A stretch of DNA of 43,680 nt from Hormoscilla sp. Its GTDB lineage: Bacteria; Cyanobacteriota; Cyanobacteriia; Cyanobacteriales; Desertifilaceae. Shown here piece by piece: positions 17,599 to 30,353 of the stretch; within the stretch, counting starts at the first letter, position 1, and each line of letters begins with the position of its first letter. The notes under the pieces are model-generated. The model was not told the DNA's origin and ran no database searches. It saw only the letters and a list, made by a program, of their open reading frames with translations. Location of the stretch: contig JBFRWI010000057.1 in NCBI GenBank assembly GCA_051439505.1, positions 1-43,680 on the forward strand, given 5' to 3'. The translations under genes were made by a program, and so were the position numbers.

Positions 17599-20190
17599 AT
17601 GGTTCAACAGCTGGAACGAAACCACCTGGCAGCGAGCGAGGTGGTCCCTGAGCCTAGTCGAAGGGTAGAACCACAGACTAACCAATTTCCACCGGAAGCA
17701 TCTGTGAGCTTACCGGTGTTTTATCGGACTTACAGCCGGCGTACAGCCTCCGGCAAACGAGAGTCCTGGAAAGACGTGTGTTCGCGGGCGATCGCCGGAT
17801 TGACAGAATTGGGTAAGTTAACTCCCGAAGAATCAGACCTGCTTTACCAGATGCAGCTACAGCAGAAAGCCTTATCTTCTGGTAGATGGCTGTGGATAGG
17901 AGGTACGGAGTGGATTAAGCAACCGGAAAATTTCCCCGGTGCTTACAATTGTTCTTCTACCAATATCCTTGACTGGCACTCCTTTGGCTTGCTGATGGAT
18001 TTGGCCATGATGGGATGCGGAACCGGTGCCGTTCTCGAACCCCGCTACATCAATCAACTACCACCTATTCGCAATCACCTGCAGGTGAAATTGCAGGGCC
18101 AAATTGGTGTGACTCCCCCAGAACGGCGACGGGAAGAATCTGAGGTGGAAATATCGGGAAACAAGGTAATAATTCACGTCGGCGACTCCCGCCAAGGTTG
18201 GGTAGGTTCTTATCAAGCTTTGTTAGAATTATCTACTGATGAGCGTTTTACCTCGGCAGTGGAGGTAGACATAGATTTGAATGATGTTCGCGCTGCTGGG
18301 GAACCTCTCAAAGGCTTTGGCGGTGTAGCAAACCCGGTGAAATTGCCAGACCTATATCTACGCTGTGCCGCGATCTTAAATAAAGCTGTCGGACGGCAAT
18401 TGAACTCGGTAGAATGCTGTTTGTTGATAGATGAAGCGGCTGTAACAATTGTGGCAGGCAATATTAGGCGCAGCGCGGGGATTCGTCAATTCGCATTTGA
18501 TGATGAATTGGGTGGGAATGCCAAGAATAATCTCTGGCAACAAGATGAAAATGGTAACTGGCGCATAGACCCCGATCGGGATGCCTTGCGGATGGCAAAC
18601 CATACCCGGGTGTTTCACCACAAACCCAGTTTAGAAGAATGTATCGCAGCAGTTCGCAAGCAGTATTATAGCGGCGAGGGGGCGATCATGTGGGCTGGGG
18701 AAGCTGTAGCCAGAGCTAACGGCGATCTGCTGCCAAGTCGCGAGAGCAAACGTAAGACTGATTTTCTGCAAGCTTACAGTCAAGGAAAATCACAAGAGTG
18801 GTTGCAAGAACGCTATCCTCATATAGAGTCGGAGGAATTAGAACATCGGTTAGCCCGTGTGGGACTTAACCCGTGTGGTAAGTGATTTTGCCTCACGTTA
18901 AAAACCCCGCAAAATCGGTAGAAGCTGAGATGCTAATACCGAGGTAAGTAGAGGAACTAAAAAGCCTTTACCACCGTAGAGCGTACCAGGTGAAACTTAG
19001 AAATTAACTAAGAATATAAACTGGCAAGAGTGTGGGGCATTTACTGAGATAAGTATGTGAAAATGTACGCCGATCTACAGGAAAGATGAACCTGTAGAAC
19101 TAAAGGATAAAAAGCCTTTAGGATAACAAGACTGGAAATCATCGGGGCGAATTTTTTCTGTAATTTGTCAGAGATTCACCTGAATCAAATTGACCCGTAT
19201 AATTATCAAGAACAGGCGGACGCATTCACCGCTGGGGCCCTTTCTGTGGCGACGCTGCTGAATCATAAATTTGTCGAGCCTCGCTACCGGTACAGTCGGG
19301 AATTAGACCCAATTGTGGGCGTATCTTTCACGGGACTGTTTGATTTTTTTGTTAATGCTTTTGGAGTTGATTGGTTGCGCTGGTGGGCAGAAGGACGCCC
19401 TCAAACTGTACAAGGTTTGGAGTTTAAGCAGCGGGAGATAGAATATCTGAGTCGCTGGAAAGAAATTGTCCATCGGGTGGTTTGGGATTATTGCGATCGC
19501 CATTCCTTAAAATGCCCAAATCGCTGTACAACGGTGCAGCCTAGTGGTACGAAATCTTTACTCACAGGGGCGGCCCCAGGATGGCATCCTCCCAAAGCTC
19601 AACGCTTTATTCGGCGCGTTACTTTTGCCAAAAACGATCCCGTAGCACTGGCTTGTATTGACTACGGTTATAATGTGGTTCCTTCTCAGTCGGATAAGGA
19701 TGAAAATGGCAATCTTTTAGATGACCCGTTTTCTCCCCTGTGCAATGAATGGCTTGTAGAAATACCGGTGGCTGTACCTTGGGCGGATTTGCCGGGGGCT
19801 GATGCAATTGATATTGCTGGTTTTAGCGCGATCGCCCAAATGGATTTCTACTTAACGGTGCAGCGTTACTGGACGACCCACAATTCTTCTGCTACCATAG
19901 AACTGCGGGAAAACGAAGTCGCAGCTTTAGGGACTCGGATATATGAGGCGATCGCCCTTGATGAAGGATACATCTCAGCGGCCCTGTTGGCGAGGTTTGA
20001 CGACCATCAAAGCTTCCCGCGCTTGCCATTTGAGCCCATTGACAAGCAGCAGTATGATAAGCTGATCTCAGAAGTGGAAATGCGACGTCAGACAGATGAT
20101 TTTCAGGCAGCTTTGAGTCGCTATGATAATGGCTACTCCGCTGAAGGCCCCGCTGGATGTGACTCTGATAAATGTCTGTTTCCGAATTAG
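17599..20190 (+). CDS. nrdJ: Adenosylcobalamin-dependent (class II) ribonucleotide reductase, two exons: join(17599..18879,19135..20190), 778 aa
   Basis: AYNCSS, VAGNIRRSA, GLNPCG|EIIGANFFCNLSEIHLN, TTVQPSGTKSLL and C-terminal GCDSDKC; the exons are in frame once 18880-19134 is removed. Confidence 0.95.
18880..19134 (+). ncRNA. Group I self-splicing intron (255 nt, no ORF) in nrdJ
   Basis: The 5' exon ends in U paired to G in P1 and the intron ends in G. P3, P4, P6, P7, P9 and P10 can be paired by eye (see findings). Confidence 0.92.
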
Positions 20191-20207
20191 GGCGATCGCG
20201 AGAAAAT

Positions 20208-20389
20208 GTAGGGTGGGCATCGCCCACCATCAACGGGCATGCTAGCGAAGAAAATGTAGGGTGGGCATTGCCCACCATCTACTTCGCTGATTTTTCTGAA
20301 ACAGGAGGAGTAGGCCCCGCTGGGTAGGGTGCGGTCTTGCACCAGTTGGTAGTACCACACCCGCTCATGGTGGGCGGTGCCCACCCTAC
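20208..20389. repeat. GTAG-type REP-like palindrome cluster
   Basis: GTAGGGTGGGCAT(C/T)GCCCACC at 20208 and 20256, a degenerate copy at 20324 and an inverted copy at 20369-20389. Confidence 0.8.
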
Positions 20390-20432
20390 CCATGCAACTT
20401 CGTGCTTACTACAAACCGAAGGAGAAAGGAAG

Positions 20433-20642
20433 ATGTTTATGGATGAACTGATGCCGATTTTCAAAGAATTAACTAAGCAACCGATCGCATTTTTAGGCGG
20501 CTTTTGCTCTGGAATACTCGGGCTTTCTATCTATGAAGAGCCACTCTCTAGCTGGCTAGCAAAGCAGGTGGATGCTGAGTCGGATGTTTCTTCTTCTCAG
20601 CCAAGCAGCAACGCCGGTCCTCAGTCAATTTCAATTGAATAA
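20433..20642 (+). CDS. Small conserved cyanobacterial hypothetical protein
   Basis: MFMDELMPIFKELTKQPIAFLGGF...GPQSISIE after a purine-rich RBS (GGAGAAAGGAAG). Confidence 0.8.
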   Translation: MFMDELMPIFKELTKQPIAFLGGFCSGILGLSIYEEPLSSWLAKQVDAESDVSSSQPSSNAGPQSISIE

Positions 20643-20685
20643 GCTTTCGACGTTGGTTGGGGTAAAATTAGGGGCACCCGCCTCG

Positions 20686-20720
20686 TTACTCGTTCCCAGC
20701 CAGAGACTGGGAACGAGTAA
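20686..20720. terminator. 14-bp inverted repeat between convergent genes (terminator or REP hairpin)
   Basis: TTACTCGTTCCCAG-CCAGAGA-CTGGGAACGAGTAA. Confidence 0.6.
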
Positions 20721-20738
20721 AATATTCGGGATTGAAAT

Positions 20739-21809
20739 TCAGGGATAGAAACTCAATTGAGGCAGGCCCAAAGTTTCATCCCAACCCATCATCAAGTTGA
20801 GACATTGAATGGCTTGACCCGCTTGACCTTTGATTAAGTTATCGATCGCCCCCAGGACGATCACCCGATCGGTGCGGGAGTCAACTTCGACGCCGAGATA
20901 ACAAAGATTAGTGCCACAAGCCCATTTAGTCTGGGGATAGACACCGCTGGGCAATACCTTTACCCAGGGACAAGCCCGATAGAAGGCTGAGTAAATTGTA
21001 ATCAAATCTTCTCGCTTCAGCCCTGGATCGTTCAAAGTGCCATAGACCGTAGCTAAAATCCCCCGCACCATCGGGATCAGGTGGGGGGTGAATTGCACCA
21101 TTACCTCATGACCAGCTAGATCGCTACAGACTTGCTCAATTTCGGGAGTATGCCGGTGGTGCGCGACGCCATAGGCTCCGAGGGAACTATCCGCTTCCGC
21201 TAGCAACAGATGGGTTTTCCCCTGTCTCCCGCCCCCAGAAGTGCCCGATTTGGCATCGACGAGCGCTGTCTCTGGTACAATTAATCCTTGCTTGAATAGT
21301 GGTGCTAGTGCTAGCATGCTAGCCGTAGGATAGCAACCGGGACAGCCCACTAATGAGGCTTGAGCGATGCGATCGCGATACAATTCCGGTAAGCCATAAA
21401 CTGCTGTCGCTGCTACTTCATCGTCCGCGCGATCGCCTCCATACCAAGCTTTATAGACCTGCAAATCGGTTAACCGGTAGTCAGCCGAGAGGTCGAGAAC
21501 CTTACAACCCTTTTCTAACAATGTCGGTGCCATCTTATAGGCGAGACCATTGGGTAGACCCAGAAAAACAACTTGACATTTGCCAGCAATTATGTTAAGG
21601 TCTATGGGTTCGACCTCTAGCTGGACGCGATGACCTAGATGAGGATAGATATCGCCATAGTCTTTACCGGCGCTACTGTCACCTCCTAAATAAACCAGTT
21701 CCACCTCTGGATGCTCCACCAGCAGTCGCACGAGTTGCACGCCTCCATAACCTGATGCGCCGACAATCCCAATCTTTAGTTTGCTTTTGCTTTTGCTCCG
21801 TTCGCCCAT
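20739..21809 (-). CDS. argC: N-acetyl-gamma-glutamyl-phosphate reductase
   Basis: [55 protein letters not shown]. Confidence 0.97.
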   Translation of the reverse strand: MGERSKSKSKLKIGIVGASGYGGVQLVRLLVEHPEVELVYLGGDSSAGKDYGDIYPHLGHRVQLEVEPIDLNIIAGKCQVVFLGLPNGLAYKMAPTLLEKGCKVLDLSADYRLTDLQVYKAWYGGDRADDEVAATAVYGLPELYRDRIAQASLVGCPGCYPTASMLALAPLFKQGLIVPETALVDAKSGTSGGGRQGKTHLLLAEADSSLGAYGVAHHRHTPEIEQVCSDLAGHEVMVQFTPHLIPMVRGILATVYGTLNDPGLKREDLITIYSAFYRACPWVKVLPSGVYPQTKWACGTNLCYLGVEVDSRTDRVIVLGAIDNLIKGQAGQAIQCLNLMMGWDETLGLPQLSFYP

Positions 21810-21885
21810 TATGCTCGCTCCTCAATAATTATCTTCTCAGCTCAAATGCTTTAACATTTGATGTATTCTAGTACCTGGGACAAAT

Positions 21886-23556
21886 TTGGCGGTGAAAAGC
21901 ACGGAACAAAGTCTGTTTAAGTTTGATTCGATCTCCGAGGCCCTCTCAGAACTGAAGGCCGGTCGGGCGCTCGTGGTCGTGGATGACGAGAACCGGGAAA
22001 ACGAAGGGGATGTGGTCTGCGCGGCCCAGTTCGCAACGCCGGACACGATCAATTTTATGGCAGTCCATGCCCGGGGACTGATTTGTTTGGCCATGACGGG
22101 CGATCGCCTGGATGAACTGGACCTCCCCTTGATGGTCAACAATAACACCGATAAAAACCAGACTGCTTTCACCGTCAGCATTGACGCCTCGCCAGAGACG
22201 GGTGTGACCACGGGAATTTCTGCTGAAGATAGGGCCCGGACGATCCAAGTGGCCCTTAACCCAACTACCCGTCCCCAAGACTTGCGCCGTCCCGGTCATA
22301 TTTTTCCTCTGCGTGCCAGAGAAGGGGGGGTCTTAAAACGCGCTGGTCATACGGAAGCGGCGGTTGACCTGGCTAGACTGGCGGGACTTTACCAGGCGGG
22401 GGTAATTTGTGAGATTCAAAACCCCGATGGTTCCATGGCCCGCTTGCCCGAGCTAATAGAGTATGCTCAAAACCACGGACTGAAAATTATTTCTATTGCT
22501 GATTTGATCGGTTACCGACTCCAGCACGAACGGTTCGTTCGCCGGGAGACTGTCACCAATTTTCCCAGTCAGTTCGGCTACTTTCAGATCTATGCTTACC
22601 ACAATACCCTGGACAATGAAGATCACCTGGCGATTGTTAAAGGAGATCCGGCGGAGTTTCCAGACCAACCGGTGATGGTGCGCATGCATTCGGAATGCTT
22701 GACTGGTGATGCCTTGGGGTCTCTGCGCTGCGACTGTGGTTTGCAACTGCAAGCTGCCCTTAAAATGATCGAACATGGGGGCCTGGGTGTGTTGGTGTAC
22801 CTGCGCCAGGAAGGTCGGGGCATTGGTTTACTTAATAAGATTAAGGCTTATTCTTTACAGGATATGGGTCTGGATACGGTGGAAGCTAATACTCGGCTGG
22901 GTTTTCCCCCTGACCTGCGAAATTACGGCGTGGGGGCCCAAATTCTCAACGATCTGGGGGTGAAAAGGTTCCGCCTGATTACGAATAATCCTCGCAAGAT
23001 TGCTGGCTTGAAGGGCTATGGTTTGGAAATGGTCGATCGGGTGCCTTTGCTGATTGAGGCGACACGGTACAATTCTATTTATCTGGCCACTAAGGCGCAA
23101 AAACTGGGTCATTTTTTGTTGCAGACTTACTTGGTGATGCTTGCTATCCACTGGCGCAATACTCTATCGGTGAGAGAACGCTACCTCTGTTTGGAGAAAT
23201 TGCGTTCAATTGCTCAAACCCACGAAGTGGTATTGCAAAAGGAAACTCGTCCCGTGGCGATCGCCCTTTTCTCCCAGCCCGACTTAATTGTCAACTTGGG
23301 TTTGGACCAACCCGAAGCTGCGGACCCACTATGGTTTAAGCAGATTAATCATCCTTATCTGGGGGCGATCGGGTCTATCCTCGATGAAATAGCTAGTTGG
23401 CAGGAGATAGATGGCCTGGAATTTTTGGTATCGAGTGGTGCCGACCCCCTTACTAGCTTGCAGGTGAAGTCCGATCGCCAGACCTGCGATCGGGCAATCT
23501 TGCCTTCAAAGGTATGCTACGAAACCCAAACCATCTACAGCTTTACTGCGAATTAA
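21886..23556 (+). CDS. ribBA: Bifunctional 3,4-dihydroxy-2-butanone-4-phosphate synthase / GTP cyclohydrolase II with cyanobacterial C-terminal extension
   Basis: [38 protein letters not shown]...[22 protein letters not shown]. Confidence 0.97.
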   Translation: MAVKSTEQSLFKFDSISEALSELKAGRALVVVDDENRENEGDVVCAAQFATPDTINFMAVHARGLICLAMTGDRLDELDLPLMVNNNTDKNQTAFTVSIDASPETGVTTGISAEDRARTIQVALNPTTRPQDLRRPGHIFPLRAREGGVLKRAGHTEAAVDLARLAGLYQAGVICEIQNPDGSMARLPELIEYAQNHGLKIISIADLIGYRLQHERFVRRETVTNFPSQFGYFQIYAYHNTLDNEDHLAIVKGDPAEFPDQPVMVRMHSECLTGDALGSLRCDCGLQLQAALKMIEHGGLGVLVYLRQEGRGIGLLNKIKAYSLQDMGLDTVEANTRLGFPPDLRNYGVGAQILNDLGVKRFRLITNNPRKIAGLKGYGLEMVDRVPLLIEATRYNSIYLATKAQKLGHFLLQTYLVMLAIHWRNTLSVRERYLCLEKLRSIAQTHEVVLQKETRPVAIALFSQPDLIVNLGLDQPEAADPLWFKQINHPYLGAIGSILDEIASWQEIDGLEFLVSSGADPLTSLQVKSDRQTCDRAILPSKVCYETQTIYSFTAN

Positions 23557-26500
23557 TGGGAATAGAAATTGTCAACTCTGTCCCCTGACCTGGCGCGGAA
23601 ACACAATTGAGTTGCCCGCCATGAGATTCTACCACAATCTGATAACTAATAGATAAGCCCAAACCAGTACCAGAACCCACTGGTTTAGTGGTAAAGAACG
23701 GGTCAAATATCCGCTGTCGGACTGACTCTGTCATCCCAGGACCATTATCTGCAATTGATATCTTCACCCAGTCATTAGCAGTCACCTCAGTCCGAATGGT
23801 AATTGTTGGCGATTGTTCATTTTGTAAGGCGTAGATCGCATTACCGATAACATTCATAAACACTTGATTCAGTTGAGAAGCGAAACAGGTTACCGGTGGC
23901 AGTTTCCCATACTCTTTAATCACCATTATCTCATTGGGCCCCTCCTCTCGGGAGATCCGACTATGCAACAGCATGAGGGTACTTTCTATGCCCTGATGAA
24001 TATCTACCTGCTTTCTTTGAGATTCATCCAGGCGCGAAAAATTTCGCAGGGACAGGACTATATTACGAATGCGTTCTGCCCCCACCTTCATTGATAAGAG
24101 CAGTTTTTGCAGGTCAGTTACCAAAAAATCCAGGTCCAGATCTTCAATTGTTTCCTGAATTACAGCTGGAGGATTGGGATATTCCTGCTGATAAATATTA
24201 ATTATATCGAGGAGGTCTTGTACATAGCCTCTGGCGTAATCGATATTGCCATATATGAAACTGACGGGATTGTTAATTTCGTGAGCAACACCGGCTACCA
24301 TTTGCCCCATGCTGGACATTTTTTCCGTTTGAATTAGTTGCGCTTGGGTGCGTTTTAGTTCGCGCAGGGTTTGTCTCAGACTCAGATTTTTTTCGTTGAC
24401 TTCCTGAGTCCGATCTGCTACTTTTTGCTCTAAGTTTGCATAAAATAATGCATTTTCTAGGGATATAGCTGCTTGGGCAAAGAGGACTCTTAAAATCTTG
24501 ATGCGATCGGTCGTAAAGGCGTTGGTCGTTAAATTATTCTCCAAGTACAGAATGCCTATGAGTTGGCCACCCTTCAGGATCGAGGTACATAAGAGAGATT
24601 TTAAATTTTTGGCCGCTATGTAGGGATCCTTGACAAATCTGCCAGCAACTGCTGCATTACTTAATACTACATCAGAACGAGTGCGCTCTACATAATTGAT
24701 TACTGTTAAGGGTAAGTTATGCAGGGGCTGCGATCGCCGCACGACTACAGTCTCTGGTTCCACCGATATTTCGGCTTCCATCAGCATTTTCCCGTCTGTT
24801 GGTAAGATCAGCACTCCTTTTTGGGCTCCCGCATTCTCGATGATAATCTTCATTAACTTTTCTAGCAACTTATCCAGCACGATTTCACCAGAAATTGCTT
24901 GAGAGGCTTTGATCACCGTCGTTAAATCCAGGGCTTCTGGAGCTTGCTTGGTGGTAGCAGATGCTGTATTTAATTCCGACTTGCTGTTCAACAGCTGTTC
25001 GTAGCGTTCCTCCAAGTCTTTTACCTTGCGCGTCGCGCCCCATATCCGATAGCAATACCGCGCTTCCTGCATATAGGCTTTGGCGATCGTGTATTTTCCT
25101 TTAGCCAGATAAAAATTCGCCGCACATTCATTCCCCAGGGCCGCTTCGTTAATATATTCATTTTCTTTCGCTAAGGCGATCGCCCGATCGTATAATTCCA
25201 TTGCTCGGGCGTCTTTCCCGAAAACCTTGTGCCGTTCTGCCTCCACCAGATAAAATTTATGCAAATAATTCATCGGGCCGTGATGGGCCCATAGCTGCAT
25301 TTTTTTCTGGTTAGCTTTCACCTGACGGCGAACACTGTCCAACTCCTGCATCCGGTTATTATCGGACTCACTATACCTTGCTAGCCTTGTCAGAGAATCG
25401 TAGAAATAGAAAATGGGTACCAGTGGCGTTCCCGTCAAGCTGTAGAGATATTTTTCTGCCCGCTTGGCATTTGACACAGCTCCGGAGTATTCTCGATCTA
25501 GATAACATACAACCAGCTTATTGATATATAATATTCCCCACCATCCATCTCGATCTTCCGCTGCCGCGTCTAGATCATTTAATCGACAATATTTTTGGCT
25601 TTTATCCCGGAAAGGAAAAACTATCTGGTGATATATATTTTCACCTATGGCTTCGCCGGAGGCCGCCATTTCTTTTTCCAGTATCCCCAATTCCGCTCCA
25701 CTATAATATGAGTATAACCAGTAATGGCGAGCCGCATAAGCTGCAAATTCTAAATCTCCCATTGACATGCTGCTCTGATAGCCCAGACGCAAAGGTTCTA
25801 ACGTTTCTCTCAGAGGATGTTGCCAATGCTTGATAAATAGATTAACATTTACGATCGTCTTATTTTTGATTTCTGGGTAATTTACCTGGGGCAACATATT
25901 TAATGCCAACTGCCCAAATCGATAGCCAGCATCAATATCTCCCAACCCACAGAGGATGAGGCCGTAATTAGCATAGGCAAAGGCCGAAACGGCAGCATTC
26001 CCATATTTTGCCGACATCCCCAGCTGCTTGAAGACAATTAGAGGCATAAGTTCGGGGACCGCTAAATAGGCAGGATAAAATATCCCGTGTAATATCCTCA
26101 TGGCTGCCAGTTGCCGTTCGTCAGTCATTGACGGCATGTTACTTAAAGCGTCTAGGGGTTTTCCTAGTAAAGCTAATTTTGTTTGCACCAAAGCCAGACA
26201 AATATCAAATTTCCTGGGCGTAGATGGTAACTTCACTCCCAACTGCTTCAGAATCTCAGACCCAGTCTTTACAGCTGCCAGGAGTTTTTTCTGGGCATTA
26301 TAGGCTTGGATCTTCACTTCATAGACTTTCACTTTTTCCAGAGTCCCAAGGGCCCGTGCCAGCACCACAGCAGCCAATTTCTCCATCTGCTCGAAATCCC
26401 CGCTGAGGTAAGCTATTTCTGTCCCTTCTACATACAGCGCCAGTGTCAGGTCATACTGGCTATTCCAGCTATCGGGATCCAGTAGTCCCAGACCCACCTT

Positions 26501-28870
26501 CAGGTACTCGAACGCTGCCCGATAATCTGCCCCCATTTTTGCTTTCTTCCCCGCAATCAGATTTAACCTTGCCAGTTCATCTCGCTGTGACTGACGATTG
26601 ATTAATTGGACCCCTAAGTTGAGTTGGTAGACGATCTCAAATATTTTTTCCTCTAGCTTCTCTGGCGCTGTATTCCGCAGCAGCAGTTGCCCTACTAAAA
26701 AGTGAATGGTTCCCTTATCCTCTTCTGGGATCGCAGCATAGGCCGCTTGCTGAATCCGTTCGTGGGCAAACTTGTATGCGATCGGACTTTCTGCTGGAGT
26801 GACTGACGAGCCCTCGATCGCTGGCACGTAAATTAGACCTGAGGCGATCGCCTCGGTGAGCAATTGTGCTGTTTCTTGCGAATCTTTACCTGACACCCTT
26901 GCCAAGCTTGACAAATCAAACTGATTGCCTATACAGGCTGCCAGTTGCAACAGATGTTGTCCGGACGGGGTCAGCTTTTGCATTTTATCTGCCATCAGGG
27001 TGACTACATTGTCGGTGATGTCATGGGATTTAATTTGCCGCATATCCCACTGCCAACTGCGACTCTGTAAGTCAAAGTATAGCAAATTTTTAGCATATAG
27101 CGCTTGCAAAAACTCTTTCATAAAAAAGGGATTGCCATGGGTTTTCTGCTGCACCAATTCCGCCAGATATTTGGCCCTTTCCGGGGCGCATTTGAGGGTT
27201 TCGCAGAGCAGTTGCGTTACAGTAGATAAGGACAAAGCCGACAGCTCGATATATTCTACCCTTGCCCCGGACTTTTCCAGATCCGCGATCGTCAACATCA
27301 AGGGATGTGCTGCCGTTACTTCATTGTCCCGATAGCCTCCAATTAAACACAGATGTTGCCTCGGGGCAGTTATCTGTGGCGCAGTCATCAGCAGCTTCAT
27401 CAGTTTCATGCTGGCAGCATCTGCCCACTGTAAGTTGTCCAGAAATATCACCAGGGGATGTTCCGGCTGGGCAAATACACCAAGCAAGTTTTGCCACACT
27501 TGATGGCAGCGATTTTCTGATGCCGCCGGAGGCAGTTCTGGCACCGGTGGCTGCTGGCCGACAATCAGTTCCAATTCCGGTATCACATCTACTATTACCT
27601 GACCGTTATCCCCCCAGGCAGCTATTATGTGCGATCGCCAGTTTTCTAGCTGTTCTTCACTTTCTGTTAACAGTTGCTTAATTAATTCCCGAAATGCTTT
27701 AATCAGTGCCGAGTAACTGCTCTTGAGATATTGGTCGAATTGGCCATCAATAAAATATCCTCCCTGCTGGCTAATTTTGGGAGCGATTTCCTGCACCAGC
27801 GCTGACTTGCCCATGCCAGCATCACCCTTAACGAGAATGAGATAACGAGTGTTAGTTATCTGTGCTTCTGGCTCCAACGCTGCCAGTAAAATTTCAATTT
27901 CTCGCTCCCTGCCATATATTTGAGGCGGAATCTGAAATTTTTCATCAACATCATTCTCCCCAGGAATAATTTCTTCAATCTCATCATTGGCCTCTAGTTG
28001 CATCAAGCAAATCACTAAATCTGCTTGGATACCCCAGGCACTTTGATATCGATCGTCAGCCGCCTTCGCTAACAATTTCATCACAATATCTGAAATGCTT
28101 TTGGGGATTTCTGGATTGACTGCGTGGGGTGGCACTGGCTGTTTGGCGATGTGACAGTGAACCAACTCCATTGTATCGGTAGTATTGAAAGGCAGCTGCT
28201 CCGTGAGCAGTTCGTATAAAGTCACTCCCAACTCGTAAAAATCAGTGCGGTAATCCACAGAGCAATTCATCCTGCCAGTTTGCTCCGGTGACATATAGGC
28301 AAGAGTCCCTTCTAAGACCGTAAGATTTTCACTCCTCCCCGCCTGACCCGAACTAGATTCTATCGTCCCGTGCTTGTCACGTGACAGACTGGGAGTATTT
28401 TGCGGCGAAAATACTGTGGCAATGCCAAAATCGATAATTTTCACCTCGTCAGTGGCGGGGTTAAAAATAATATTGGACGGGTTAATATCTTTGTGGATGA
28501 TATTGGCCGCGTGAATTTCCCCTAAAATTTCCACGATCGCAATAGCGAGGTTGAGAAATTCCGACAGGCTAAACTTTCTGGAGGCCATCCAGGATTTTAA
28601 TGATTCTCCGCCAAAATCCTCCAACCGGATTATCAGGGTATGATGATATTTTTCTAAGCCATATACTTTCACCACACCTGACAGATTCAGAGAGCGCATA
28701 ATTTCATATTCCTGCTGATAGCGATTCAACTGCTCCTGCGTGGGATAAGTTTGGTTGAGAACCTTTAATATAACGGGCAAATCATCTTTTATGCGGATGG
28801 CTCGATAGATTTCCGAAGTTGCACTCTTGGATATTTGGGCAATAATTTTGTATCCGGCGATCGAGAGCAT
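23543..28870 (-). CDS. Ser/Thr kinase-AAA ATPase-GAF-histidine kinase multidomain sensor
   Basis: [23 protein letters not shown]-loop [33 protein letters not shown]. Confidence 0.95.
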   Translation of the reverse strand: MLSIAGYKIIAQISKSATSEIYRAIRIKDDLPVILKVLNQTYPTQEQLNRYQQEYEIMRSLNLSGVVKVYGLEKYHHTLIIRLEDFGGESLKSWMASRKFSLSEFLNLAIAIVEILGEIHAANIIHKDINPSNIIFNPATDEVKIIDFGIATVFSPQNTPSLSRDKHGTIESSSGQAGRSENLTVLEGTLAYMSPEQTGRMNCSVDYRTDFYELGVTLYELLTEQLPFNTTDTMELVHCHIAKQPVPPHAVNPEIPKSISDIVMKLLAKAADDRYQSAWGIQADLVICLMQLEANDEIEEIIPGENDVDEKFQIPPQIYGREREIEILLAALEPEAQITNTRYLILVKGDAGMGKSALVQEIAPKISQQGGYFIDGQFDQYLKSSYSALIKAFRELIKQLLTESEEQLENWRSHIIAAWGDNGQVIVDVIPELELIVGQQPPVPELPPAASENRCHQVWQNLLGVFAQPEHPLVIFLDNLQWADAASMKLMKLLMTAPQITAPRQHLCLIGGYRDNEVTAAHPLMLTIADLEKSGARVEYIELSALSLSTVTQLLCETLKCAPERAKYLAELVQQKTHGNPFFMKEFLQALYAKNLLYFDLQSRSWQWDMRQIKSHDITDNVVTLMADKMQKLTPSGQHLLQLAACIGNQFDLSSLARVSGKDSQETAQLLTEAIASGLIYVPAIEGSSVTPAESPIAYKFAHERIQQAAYAAIPEEDKGTIHFLVGQLLLRNTAPEKLEEKIFEIVYQLNLGVQLINRQSQRDELARLNLIAGKKAKMGADYRAAFEYLKVGLGLLDPDSWNSQYDLTLALYVEGTEIAYLSGDFEQMEKLAAVVLARALGTLEKVKVYEVKIQAYNAQKKLLAAVKTGSEILKQLGVKLPSTPRKFDICLALVQTKLALLGKPLDALSNMPSMTDERQLAAMRILHGIFYPAYLAVPELMPLIVFKQLGMSAKYGNAAVSAFAYANYGLILCGLGDIDAGYRFGQLALNMLPQVNYPEIKNKTIVNVNLFIKHWQHPLRETLEPLRLGYQSSMSMGDLEFAAYAARHYWLYSYYSGAELGILEKEMAASGEAIGENIYHQIVFPFRDKSQKYCRLNDLDAAAEDRDGWWGILYINKLVVCYLDREYSGAVSNAKRAEKYLYSLTGTPLVPIFYFYDSLTRLARYSESDNNRMQELDSVRRQVKANQKKMQLWAHHGPMNYLHKFYLVEAERHKVFGKDARAMELYDRAIALAKENEYINEAALGNECAANFYLAKGKYTIAKAYMQEARYCYRIWGATRKVKDLEERYEQLLNSKSELNTASATTKQAPEALDLTTVIKASQAISGEIVLDKLLEKLMKIIIENAGAQKGVLILPTDGKMLMEAEISVEPETVVVRRSQPLHNLPLTVINYVERTRSDVVLSNAAVAGRFVKDPYIAAKNLKSLLCTSILKGGQLIGILYLENNLTTNAFTTDRIKILRVLFAQAAISLENALFYANLEQKVADRTQEVNEKNLSLRQTLRELKRTQAQLIQTEKMSSMGQMVAGVAHEINNPVSFIYGNIDYARGYVQDLLDIINIYQQEYPNPPAVIQETIEDLDLDFLVTDLQKLLLSMKVGAERIRNIVLSLRNFSRLDESQRKQVDIHQGIESTLMLLHSRISREEGPNEIMVIKEYGKLPPVTCFASQLNQVFMNVIGNAIYALQNEQSPTITIRTEVTANDWVKISIADNGPGMTESVRQRIFDPFFTTKPVGSGTGLGLSISYQIVVESHGGQLNCVSAPGQGTELTISIPINSQ

Positions 28871-30353
28871 AGTTTTATCTCGTTAAATGTTGATTTCATT
28901 GTCAGCTATTCGGGAGTCTGTGCGATCGATCGCCACTGCAACTACGATCGACCAGCTAGCCATATTCAGCATAGCCTTTGTGAATCCATTTTGCCTCTGA
29001 TTCAGATCCGGCCATATTGTCATGGATCGCCCCGACCTTTAGCAGAGGAGAAGGGGGTTTCACCCTTTCTCCCTGGCATGACATAATACATGATAAATGC
29101 ACAATAGCTTACTGTCAAGTTCATAAGAGAATAGTTTGTAGATGGCATCCGACGATCGCCTGGTTCGCAAATTAAATATATAGGCGAAATATATATATTG
29201 CTTGACGGTTTAATTTTTAATAACGATTCTTAAACGATCGCCAAACTTCCTGAAGCCAGAAATCACAAATAAGATAATAGCCAGAATTAGGGGCCTGTAG
29301 GGAGCGATCGTCCAGCAGCAATACTGACACCCGAAGCAATCATAAATCTCTTAGTGTAGCGCCTCGGTTTACCTTTAGAGATCGAAAAGAAGCTAAAAGC
29401 ACAGACCGTCACTGGCAAGCACCACAAGATTTCCGAGACACAGGTTAAAATCCCCGAGTATGGATGGTAAAATGTATCTGTAAACATAAATTTAATTTCC
29501 CAACCTTTGTGCTTAACTTTAGCATACACACTCAAGGTTCCCAACAGCAACCGAGTCAGACCATTTAACCACAAAAACCAGAAATCGCGCTGTTTACCTA
29601 TAGCTTGCAAAAAGATTTGCCAGGGACGATCGGTCCAGACAGTCGGTAACATCAAGAATCACTGCATTATCATCATCTCTAGCATAGCCTGGAACCAGAT
29701 AGATCGTCTGCTTCGGAAGAGGTAGATCTCCTTGCCAGCGCGGATCGCTTTTCCCCTTGATTAATTGCTTATTATATACTACGCTGTAGTATATAATAAA
29801 TGAGAGGACGGATAATTATTGGCTTTTCCATCGCAGCACCAGTAGGTAGGGGTCTGATGCATCCGCTGCACTTTGGCCCATGGCAGAACAGCTGGCTTAG
29901 TCTCGGGTTTGCGAGCCGCAACAGCCGATGCCATCTATCAAGCCAAGTTAAAGAGCCCGATCGCCCCAGCCAGCTAGAGGAATGAGGGGTCAAACCCCTC
30001 ATGCTTGAGGATTCGGGAAATATATAATGACTGAAAATCAGTTAAACTGCAACAAGGATTGACAATCGGAGTCTAGTTGACAGCCATGAGATTTTCTCCT
30101 CCGACCCCACTAAGGCCAGACATGACGGATTGATTTGGGTGCTGGTACGGTGCTACCATGAAGACTGCTGGTGCTAGGATGGAATAGCCATATAAAACTT
30201 GAGCAAACGGAAAACGAAAAAACGAAAAACCAAAAAATGGCATAATGACACCACCGAACCAGGGAGTCGCGGTTGTTGCGATTGCCCGCTGATTCCATCT
30301 CGTCGGACAGATCGCGGTGTAAACTGACACACCGATGCTGACGGGGACAAGGG

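Noticed and set aside
17599..20190. nrdJ as a pseudogene, a naturally split gene or an intein-containing gene
   Set aside because: The insert has stop codons, so it is not an intein. It folds as a group I intron, and its removal restores the active site exactly.
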